A DNA stretch of 54,784 nucleotides from Gemmatimonadota bacterium. Lineage in GTDB: Bacteria; Gemmatimonadota; Gemmatimonadetes; Gemmatimonadales; GWC2-71-9. Below are positions 47,359-54,784 of this stretch, one piece after another. The translations under genes and the position numbers were made by a program. Numbering within the stretch: position 1 is the stretch's first letter; each line of letters starts with the position of its first letter. The stretch lies in contig JBDHAB010000040.1 of NCBI GenBank assembly GCA_039588295.1, forward strand, positions 1-54,784. Reading direction: 5' to 3'. The notes beneath the pieces were generated by a model, which worked only from the letters and a program-made list of their open reading frames with translations, made no database searches and was not told the DNA's origin.

Positions 47359-48336
47359 ATGAGCGCCTGGGCCGTCATCCTCGCCGGCGGCTCCGGCACC
47401 CGGTTCTGGCCTCTCTCGACTCGGTCCCACCCGAAGCAGTTCTTGTCTCTGGTTGGCGAGCGGCCTCTCTTGACGCAGGCGGTCGACCGCCTCGACGGAC
47501 TCGTACCCCCGGAGCGCGTGCTCGTGGTAACGGCAGCGGCGTTGGTGGATCGAACACGCGCCCTGCTTCCCGGGCTTCCGGCGGAAAACGTGTACGGGGA
47601 GCCGCGGGCAGCGTCGACGGCTCCCGCTCTTACCTGGGCTACCTGGGTCGCCCGGTCGCGTGATCCGGAGGCAGTCGTGCTCTCTATCCACGCTGATTGG
47701 TTTGTGGGAGACGATGGGGCGTTTCGGGTGGTGCCGAGTCGACCGGAGGTGGGATACGGCTACATCCAGCTCGGCGATCAGCTGGGTGAGAGCGCCCACC
47801 GCGTGCAGCGGTTCGTGGAGAAGCCCGACCGTGAAACGGCACGGGCGCTCATCGACGCCGGTGCGCTGTGGAACAGTGGCCTGTTTGCTTGGACGGCACA
47901 GCGCTTCGTTGTCGAGACCGAGGCCGTCGCACCGGAGGTGGCTCCTCATGTTGCCCGATTGACCGATGAGGACGTGAGTGGGTTCTTCGACCATGTGACG
48001 CCGATCGCAGTCGACGTCTCCCACTTCGAGCGGAGTGCTCGAGTCGCCGTGGTGCGCGGCACGTTTCCCTGGGACGACGTCGGGACCTGGGCGGCGCTCG
48101 CTCGGGCCCGACCTCTGGACCGGTCCGGAAATGTCGTTGTCGGCGAGGCCGTCGTTCGCGATGCCTCCGAGTGCGTGGTGTGGGCCGACGATGGACCGAT
48201 CGTCGTCGACGGGGCACGCGGTCTCGTCGTGGTGCGCGCCAACGGCGTGACCCTGGTGACGACGCACGACCGTGCCGCCGACCTCAAGACGTTGCTGGAG
48301 GCATTACCCTCGCACATCCGCGATCCGTCATCATGA
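47359..48336 (+). CDS. Mannose-1-phosphate guanylyltransferase (GMP domain only) with an apparent in-frame internal deletion
   Basis: LAGGSGTRFWPLS, PKQF, GYGYI, FVEKP, WNSG and WDDVG motifs. Confidence 0.88.
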   Translation: MSAWAVILAGGSGTRFWPLSTRSHPKQFLSLVGERPLLTQAVDRLDGLVPPERVLVVTAAALVDRTRALLPGLPAENVYGEPRAASTAPALTWATWVARSRDPEAVVLSIHADWFVGDDGAFRVVPSRPEVGYGYIQLGDQLGESAHRVQRFVEKPDRETARALIDAGALWNSGLFAWTAQRFVVETEAVAPEVAPHVARLTDEDVSGFFDHVTPIAVDVSHFERSARVAVVRGTFPWDDVGTWAALARARPLDRSGNVVVGEAVVRDASECVVWADDGPIVVDGARGLVVVRANGVTLVTTHDRAADLKTLLEALPSHIRDPSS

Positions 48337-49496
48337 CTGACATCTATCTCGTTGAGCCCGAACCATCTCCCCAGTGGTCCCCATTCCAGGAGTGCCGACC
48401 CATCGCGGAAGTTCGTGCTGGCGCGTGGCTGGTGCGGGAACGCTGGGAGGCGATTGGCGGAGGAGAAACGCGTGCGATCTTCGGCCCTCCCCACCTGCAT
48501 GGCTTCGCCGAAGAAGGCGTGCCGGCAGTCACGGCGGCGGAGCGCGTGGCGGGTCCGGCCCTGATCGGCGTTTCAGCATTTGCTCCCTCCGGTGAGCGCC
48601 CGGAACTGCCATCGCGTCCGGCGCGGTTGGAAAACGACGACGAGACCGTTGGCTGGTGGATTCCGTTCGGTTCCCATTGGGAACCGGGCATGGCTATCGC
48701 CGACGCGGTCACCCTCGATGGGCTCGTGTTGCGGGGCAGTTACGATTTCGTCACTGCGCTCGAGCACTTACTCGTCGCCGACACCGCCGACTTCACGCAC
48801 GAGGCGGGCGACCCACTCCCCGATGGTTCGCTCGTGATCGGCGATCCGACCGATGTTGTCGTCCTCGGGGCGGCGATCGAGCCGGGCGTGGTGTTCGACG
48901 TGCGCGCCGGCGCGGTGGTCGTCGAGCAGCACACCCATGTGCGCAACGGCACACGATTGGAAGGTCCGGTGTACATCGGCCCCGGGTGCGAGGTTTTAGG
49001 GGGCGATGTAGGACGCTGCAGCTTTGGACCCCGATGTAAGATTCGGGGTGAGATCCATGGCAGCGTGATGGTGGGCTACGCGAACAAGGTGCACGAGGGG
49101 TACGTGGGACACTCCGTGATCGGTCGGTGGGCCAATCTGGGTGCTGGCACGACCACGTCGAATCTGAAGAACACGTACGGCCCGATCCGGCTGACCGTTC
49201 GCGGCGAGCGCATCGAGACCGGTCTGCAGTTCCTCGGGACGCTGGTCGGCGACCACGTGAAGACGGCGATCGGGACCTTCTTCGACACCGGCTCCGTTGT
49301 CGGGGCCGGGGCCAACGTCTTTGGCGCGCTCCGTCCTCCGAAATACCTGCCACCGTTCGCGTGGGGGCCTGGGGACGAACGGATGACGCGCGACGGGTTC
49401 ATGGCGGTTGCCGAGCGCGTCATGCCGCGACGTCAAGTCACCGTTACCGATGACGTGCGAGCCACGCTCGAACGGATCTACGACCACGCGGTGTGA
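48333..49496 (+). CDS. GlmU-like sugar nucleotidyltransferase / hexapeptide acyltransferase
   Basis: RPIAEVRAGA N-terminus, left-handed beta-helix repeats, NLGAGTTTSNLKNTYG. Confidence 0.85.
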   Translation: MTDIYLVEPEPSPQWSPFQECRPIAEVRAGAWLVRERWEAIGGGETRAIFGPPHLHGFAEEGVPAVTAAERVAGPALIGVSAFAPSGERPELPSRPARLENDDETVGWWIPFGSHWEPGMAIADAVTLDGLVLRGSYDFVTALEHLLVADTADFTHEAGDPLPDGSLVIGDPTDVVVLGAAIEPGVVFDVRAGAVVVEQHTHVRNGTRLEGPVYIGPGCEVLGGDVGRCSFGPRCKIRGEIHGSVMVGYANKVHEGYVGHSVIGRWANLGAGTTTSNLKNTYGPIRLTVRGERIETGLQFLGTLVGDHVKTAIGTFFDTGSVVGAGANVFGALRPPKYLPPFAWGPGDERMTRDGFMAVAERVMPRRQVTVTDDVRATLERIYDHAV

Positions 49497-50302
49497 TGAT
49501 CGTCCGCGTCCTCGGGTCGGGAAGTCGTGGGAACGCGATCGCCGTCACCTCCAACGGTTCCACCCTACTCATCGATGCGGGCTTCGGGCTCCGGACGCTT
49601 CGACGGCGGGCTGAGTCGGCCAACCTCGATCTCAGCACGATCGCCGGGATCCTGCTGACGCACGAGCACAGCGATCATGCGCGTGGCGCCGCCGCGATGG
49701 CCGGCCACGTGGACTGTCCGGTGTATGCCTCGCCCGGGACGTTGCGGGCGCTGCACGCGAGTCTCACCGATTTGCAGGCGGTTCCGCTCTCTCCCGGCGC
49801 GACGGTGCGCATCGGCCCGCTCGAGGTCACCGCACGGCGTACGAGCCACGATGCGGCCGAACCACTCGCCGTGCGCGTTTCGGACCTGCGCACCGGCGGT
49901 CAGATGGGAGTGGCGTACGACCTTGGCTCCCCGACGGCGGGGGTGCGTGACCTGCTGCGCTCGGTCTCGTGCCTCATCGTGGAGGCCAACCACGATGACG
50001 AGTTGCTACGGACGGGACCGTACCCCAGGACTGTGCAACACCGCATTGCCGGACCGTCCGGACATTTGTCGAACCGCGCGGCCGCTGCGTTCGTCTCGGA
50101 TCTCTGGCACGATCGTCTGCACACCATCGTGCTGGCCCACGTGAGCCAAGAGTGCAACCGTGCGGATCTGGCCGAACGGGCTGTGCGGGAGGCACTCGCA
50201 GCGCGCGGGTTTCGTGGGATGATCTGCGTGGCGAAGCAGGGCGAACCGCTCGAGGGGATCGAGGTGGGCGCCGTACAGTATTCGCTCGACGTGTTCGCCT
50301 AG
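49493..50302 (+). CDS. MBL-fold metallo-hydrolase (YycJ/WalJ-like)
   Basis: GSGSRGN, THEHSDH, HDA, EANHD and GHLSN motifs. Confidence 0.9.
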   Translation: MMIVRVLGSGSRGNAIAVTSNGSTLLIDAGFGLRTLRRRAESANLDLSTIAGILLTHEHSDHARGAAAMAGHVDCPVYASPGTLRALHASLTDLQAVPLSPGATVRIGPLEVTARRTSHDAAEPLAVRVSDLRTGGQMGVAYDLGSPTAGVRDLLRSVSCLIVEANHDDELLRTGPYPRTVQHRIAGPSGHLSNRAAAAFVSDLWHDRLHTIVLAHVSQECNRADLAERAVREALAARGFRGMICVAKQGEPLEGIEVGAVQYSLDVFA

Positions 50303-51480
50303 GATGCGGGTGGGGAGGGGTCTTCGGTGGGCGCTGCTTCCCGATCGGTGACGGTAACCGGTTCCCAAGCACGGATCATCTTCGTGAACGCCCCCACGAG
50401 CTGCCCATCGAACTCGGTCCCGGATCGTTCCTCCAGGTACGACAACACCTTCTTGAATGGCCAGGCATCGCGATACGGACGCCTGGTACGGAGTGCGTCG
50501 TACACATCGCACACGTGGACCAGCTTACTCCCCGTGTGGCAGTCGCGCTCGTAACGCAGGGCCGGGTAGCCGCCACCGTTCAGCATGATGTGATGCTCAT
50601 ACGCCACGACTGCGGCGAGGTCCAGGTCGGGCTCTGACGAGATGATGATGCGAGCTCCTTCGGTCGGGTGCTGGTTCATCAGCCGGCGCTCGTCCTCTGT
50701 GAGCTTGCCGGGTTTCGTGAGGATCTCGATCGGAATCTTCACCTTTCCAAGATCGTGGAGTAGTCCTGCAACGCCGAAGGAGCGCACATCCCGCGCTCCC
50801 ATGCCCAACCACTCGGCGAGCGCCATGGACAGCACGCACACATTCATGGAATGCGTGGTCGTGTATTCGTCGAACCGCCGGATCTGCAGCAGTGGGAGGA
50901 TGATCTCCTGGTCGCCATGCATGGCCACCCCGAGTGCCCGGACCACGGCCTCAGCCTCGGCCAGCGGAAGATCCTTGCCACCGGAAATCTCGTCGTGGAG
51001 CCAGCGGATGGCGTCGGCCTCCTCGGCGACGTGCAACGCGATGGTCGCCGTCTCGAGGTGCCCACCGAGGTCGGCGTCGAGCCCTTGGAGGCCAATCGCG
51101 CCATACCGGATACCACTCGGGCGCATCTGGCGCGCCTCGCTCGTATCGGTCGGCCGGTTCGCCACCCGTGAGAGGATCAGGTCGAAGAACTCCTCGAGCT
51201 CTTCGGTGGTCACGGTATCGTCGAACTGCACGCGCTGCAATCCGACACTCGCGAGTTTTTGACTCCACTCCCAGTCGCGGAGTTCTCGAACCGGCTGGTC
51301 GTTGTACAACACCTCGTCCCCGAGGTACGAGAACACCACCCCCTCTGCGCCCAAGAGATCGCTGAGCTTGCCGTACGCCGTCTCGACCGCGCGTTCCCGC
51401 GACGCATGTCCTTCCGGATAGAGCGCCATCGCCGACAATGCCTGCGCCATCGCCATGAGAAACGCTACCGCGTCAGTCAT
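50299..51480 (-). CDS. HD-GYP domain phosphodiesterase
   Basis: YTTTHS, LHDLGK, HH...GGGYP and DVYDAL..RPYR motifs. Confidence 0.92.
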   Translation of the reverse strand: MTDAVAFLMAMAQALSAMALYPEGHASRERAVETAYGKLSDLLGAEGVVFSYLGDEVLYNDQPVRELRDWEWSQKLASVGLQRVQFDDTVTTEELEEFFDLILSRVANRPTDTSEARQMRPSGIRYGAIGLQGLDADLGGHLETATIALHVAEEADAIRWLHDEISGGKDLPLAEAEAVVRALGVAMHGDQEIILPLLQIRRFDEYTTTHSMNVCVLSMALAEWLGMGARDVRSFGVAGLLHDLGKVKIPIEILTKPGKLTEDERRLMNQHPTEGARIIISSEPDLDLAAVVAYEHHIMLNGGGYPALRYERDCHTGSKLVHVCDVYDALRTRRPYRDAWPFKKVLSYLEERSGTEFDGQLVGAFTKMIRAWEPVTVTDREAAPTEDPSPPAS

Positions 51481-53561
51481 TCCCCCTCCCCCTCCCGGCT
51501 CGCCGGTCTGGCTGCCTCGGCGATCTCCGGGTCGCTCGACTGCGCCGCTCGGTCCAAGATGCGTTGCGCGTCCGGGTCACCCCCAAAGGCGCGCAGCGCT
51601 CGCAGGGCGGCCAGGTACGTCGGGGTGTTCGCGACGGCCCGCGCCCTTCGGAAGAAGCTCCGTCGCGGCGCGGTGAGCCGCAGCAGTGCGCGCAGCGCCA
51701 TGGGGTCGCGAGCGCTGGCGAGCACTCTGACCGCCAACGTGCGGATGCCTTCGTCTGCATCGGACAGCGCCCGCGACACGACCTGCGGTACCGCGCCGGC
51801 AGGACACCCCTCGAGCGCGGCGGTGAGCCCCATCCGCACGATGCGCTGGTCACCGTCCGCCAGGGCATGCCCGATGGCTCGTCCGCGCCGCTCCGGGTTC
51901 GAGAGGAGAATGCGCACGGCCTCTACCCGCACGCGGGCGTCGGTGTGCTGCAGATACCGCTCCGGATCGAAGGATTCTGGAAGTTGCCCCAAGTCTCCCA
52001 GGAGGCGAAGCACGTTCCGCTCGACGTACCATGGCGCCCCGCCGAGGCGCTCAATCGCGAGCGGTCCGACGGCGGGGCCCAGTCGCGTCAGTCGATGCAG
52101 CAGCAGGCGCCGCGTTTGGGACGATTCGGATTCGATCAACGTATCCAGCATCGGCGTCGCCGCGTACATGCCGACCTGCTGGAGCATGAGATCGAGCACT
52201 TCCGTATCGAGCGGCTCGGTCCGAAGCACCTGCTTCATGACATCGGCAGACTGCAGCCGATCCCACGTAGCGTGGACGACCGGCGACGGATCCGAGGTGT
52301 GCAGGAGTTGCAGCAGCCACTCGAGCGATCCGTCGTTCACAATCTCGTCGATCGCCTGGCCGATCCCTTCCCCGATCTCGTCGACCTCGAGTGCCATTTC
52401 GATCATGCGGCGTGGCTCCGGACGATACCGCTGTTCGGGTGACACAGCATAGAGCGACTCCGCAGCCGACATCCGCGCCAACGCCCGGCCGTAGGCCCCC
52501 GGATTGGGATCTTCCAGCGACCAGCCGTGAATCAGCTCGGCTACCTGCTCTCGCAACGCCGCGTCCGCCTCGACGCGACGCCGCACGCTGGCGGACCCCG
52601 TGTGCTGCGCCAGTTTCTGCAGCACGCGCAGGAAGGAATGCGATACACCCTCCTCCTCTGACTGACTCGCCGCGCGCACTAGTTCCAACACGGAATCGAC
52701 GGCCAGACTCTCCGCCGCGCTGAGGAGGAAGCGACGTCGCTGGTCCGTATCACCGCCCATTTCGAGGAGTTGTTCGAGGGTCGCGGGATCCAGCGCGTTG
52801 ACGAGCCGGGACATCCGTTTCTGCAGCTCTTCGGTTTCGCGGCCACCGCCGGCACGCAGCTCTTCGGCAATTTGGAGCATGTACCCCACGATGACCTGGT
52901 CGTAGGCCGCGCCGCGTCCGTGGTCGTCGATGGCCCGTGCGACGACCGACGGTTTCGCAGACTCGTCGACTTTGTCGAAGGCGTCTGCGGCCATCGCCGC
53001 CCGTGCCAAGCCTACCCAGAGCTGTGTGGCCTGCGACTCCCGTGTCCGACGGAGGATCTCCTTCTCCGCCTCGTCGTCGGCGAACTCGAGCCTTCCGTAA
53101 GAGAGCGCGTGGAGCTCGACGTGCGGCCACGTCGGAATGGCGTCGGCTTCCCGCAACCCGATGGGCTCGCCCGCCCGTTCCGCGTCAGCGGCGAGCGTAT
53201 ACAACGCGCTGCGCACCTCCTCGAACGTGGCGCCGGCGCGAAAGGACATGGCGCCCAGGTGGTGCCGATGCAGCCGCAGCGCCAGTTCCCGGAGCACGGG
53301 GTTGCCGGGGTCGGTCCCGACCCCTTCGATGACCAGTTGATCGCGAGCCACGCCCAGTGAAAGCGAACCGCGAGACGCGAGCAACGGATTCAGGCGGTCC
53401 AGCAGTCGCACGGCCGCCGGTTCGAGCGATGGGTGGCCCTGCGGATACATAGCGTGCCTGTTGAGTGCGATCGAGAGCTCGATCAGAAAATCAGATAGAT
53501 CGCGCGAGAGCGTTGCGCGTTCGCTCTTCTGGGGTGACGAACCCTGGGTCGGCTCGGCCAA
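51477..53561 (-). CDS. HEAT-repeat protein, translationally coupled to the HD-GYP gene
   Basis: C-terminal HEAT repeats (PWYVERNVLRLL, DARVRVEA). ATGA overlap with the HD-GYP gene. Confidence 0.85.
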   Translation of the reverse strand: MAEPTQGSSPQKSERATLSRDLSDFLIELSIALNRHAMYPQGHPSLEPAAVRLLDRLNPLLASRGSLSLGVARDQLVIEGVGTDPGNPVLRELALRLHRHHLGAMSFRAGATFEEVRSALYTLAADAERAGEPIGLREADAIPTWPHVELHALSYGRLEFADDEAEKEILRRTRESQATQLWVGLARAAMAADAFDKVDESAKPSVVARAIDDHGRGAAYDQVIVGYMLQIAEELRAGGGRETEELQKRMSRLVNALDPATLEQLLEMGGDTDQRRRFLLSAAESLAVDSVLELVRAASQSEEEGVSHSFLRVLQKLAQHTGSASVRRRVEADAALREQVAELIHGWSLEDPNPGAYGRALARMSAAESLYAVSPEQRYRPEPRRMIEMALEVDEIGEGIGQAIDEIVNDGSLEWLLQLLHTSDPSPVVHATWDRLQSADVMKQVLRTEPLDTEVLDLMLQQVGMYAATPMLDTLIESESSQTRRLLLHRLTRLGPAVGPLAIERLGGAPWYVERNVLRLLGDLGQLPESFDPERYLQHTDARVRVEAVRILLSNPERRGRAIGHALADGDQRIVRMGLTAALEGCPAGAVPQVVSRALSDADEGIRTLAVRVLASARDPMALRALLRLTAPRRSFFRRARAVANTPTYLAALRALRAFGGDPDAQRILDRAAQSSDPEIAEAARPASREGEGE

Positions 53562-53587
53562 GCGCGTGGGTCCGGTGTTCTTTGGCC

Positions 53588-54022
53588 TTAGGGTGTCGTC
53601 GAGCGACCCGCCGCGACGGGTTGTGTCGGGATCGGCGGAACCTCGACGCCTTCGGGCCGGGGCGTTGCAGGTCCAATGCGCCTCAGTTCAACGGGCTCCT
53701 CGAGATCGCCCCCAGACAACACCAAGACGCGACCCCGGAGGACATAGTTGTACCCGACCCATTCGTCCCCGAACGCCAGATACACCGTATCGGCTGCGAC
53801 GCGCCACCGGAGAATCTCTTCACCGAAGCTCGCCGACGAATCACCGCGGACGACAATCTCCTGCGCTCCGTCCGGCATCGCGGCTTGCCACGTGCCCGAC
53901 AAATCGGGCAGTTTGTGGTCACCGGAGTTCTGCGCCAGTGTCGCCAGCGGGGTCACGCTCACGAGGAGCACCCCCATGACCGTGGCGCGGGCGACGATCT
54001 TCGATTTCGATAATTCAGCCAT
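53588..54022 (-). CDS. Hypothetical secreted protein
   Basis: Signal peptide (TLA-Q). LSGTW lipocalin-like start. Confidence 0.65.
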   Translation of the reverse strand: MAELSKSKIVARATVMGVLLVSVTPLATLAQNSGDHKLPDLSGTWQAAMPDGAQEIVVRGDSSASFGEEILRWRVAADTVYLAFGDEWVGYNYVLRGRVLVLSGGDLEEPVELRRIGPATPRPEGVEVPPIPTQPVAAGRSTTP

Positions 54023-54083
54023 GCGGTTCTAATACTCGTGGTACGAGGGCGGTGACGCAATATACCCCAGGAGGAACGATCTG

Positions 54084-54784
54084 ATGCGACTATTGGCCCT
54101 TGCCGGTCTGATCCTGACCACCGCCGCCCACCAGCTCCACGCGCAGCAGGACATCTCGAGCCGCCCGGTCGCCACCTATTCGATCGTGGCGGTCGACAGT
54201 GCCACCGGTGAGATCGGTGTGGCGGTGCAGTCGCACTGGTTCAGCGTGGGCAGCGTCGTGCCCTGGGCTGAGCCCGGGGTGGGGGCGGTCGCGACCCAGT
54301 CATTCGTCAATCCGTCGTACGGGCCGCGCGGCCTGTACCTCATGCGGACCGGGACACCGGCGCCCGACGCCCTCGCGGCGCTGCTGCGGGCCGACCCGGA
54401 CAGCCAGGTCCGCCAGGTGGCCATGATCGACGCACAGGGGCGGGTGCTTGCGCACACCGGCTCTCGAGACATCCCGGCTGCCGGTCACCTTCTGGGTACT
54501 CGCTACGCCGTGCAGGCCAATCTGATGCGCAACGACGGTGTGTGGCCCGCCATGTCCGACGCGTTCGAGTCGGCGAGTGGTGACCTCGCGGAGCGGATGC
54601 TCGTCGCGCTGGAGGCGGCGGAGCGTGCCGGGGGCGATATCAGGGGGAAACAGTCGGCCGCGCTGGTCGTCGTGAGCGGAGATCCCAACACCGCCCCGTG
54701 GGAGAAGGTGTTCGACCTCCGGGTGGAAGATCATCCCGATCCCCTGGTGGAGCTGCGCCGGCTATTGACGATGGCACGCGCCTA
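54084..54784 (+). CDS. DUF1028 (Ntn-hydrolase-like) secreted protein, 3'-truncated by the window edge
   Basis: AGGAGG RBS. Manual translation gives a signal peptide, then TYSIVAVD..TGEIGVAVQSHWFSVG, GAVATQS, GGDIRGKQSAAL and DLRVEDH. Confidence 0.85.
   Translation, partial: MRLLALAGLILTTAAHQLHAQQDISSRPVATYSIVAVDSATGEIGVAVQSHWFSVGSVVPWAEPGVGAVATQSFVNPSYGPRGLYLMRTGTPAPDALAALLRADPDSQVRQVAMIDAQGRVLAHTGSRDIPAAGHLLGTRYAVQANLMRNDGVWPAMSDAFESASGDLAERMLVALEAAERAGGDIRGKQSAALVVVSGDPNTAPWEKVFDLRVEDHPDPLVELRRLLTMARA

Noticed and set aside
1..54784. CRISPR array, rRNA or IS transposase
   Set aside because: No regularly spaced repeats, rRNA-like sequence or transposase motifs were seen by eye.

Overview
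High-GC bacterial chromosomal window. Gene content and style suggest a Gemmatimonadota-like diderm, which is an inference. (1) 1-3444: a decayed genomic island at the 3' end of tRNA-Pro(TGG). It carries a truncated tyrosine integrase, a duplicated Zn-ribbon fragment and secreted/lipoprotein cargo. (2) 4.7-14.3 kb: a minus-strand run of thioesterase, HEAT-cyclophilin, zincin/propeller/Omp85 protein, LolB-like lipoprotein, lptE, CPA2 antiporter, rph and rdgB. (3) 14.3-20.9 kb, the most interesting part: a complete bacterial microcompartment (BMC) locus headed by a TetR regulator. It encodes RpiB, DeoC and an acylating aldehyde dehydrogenase, each with an N-terminal encapsulation-peptide-like helix, plus 1 BMC-H, 2 BMC-T and 3 BMC-P shell proteins. 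This is a sugar-phosphate (SPU-like) metabolosome that lacks the usual alcohol dehydrogenase and phosphotransacylase and has a non-canonical RpiB active site. (4) 21-54.8 kb: mostly housekeeping genes, including lpxH-like, tRNA-Sec, ridA, a broken fhs, tatD, secDF, ribF, truB, rbfA, infB, nusA, rimP, pgeF, an Asp-type murA, uvrD/pcrA, serS, sugar nucleotidyltransferases and a HEAT/HD-GYP pair. Three genes carry lesions (fhs, Man-1-P guanylyltransferase, lipid kinase start) that may be assembly errors. No CRISPR array or rRNA was seen.
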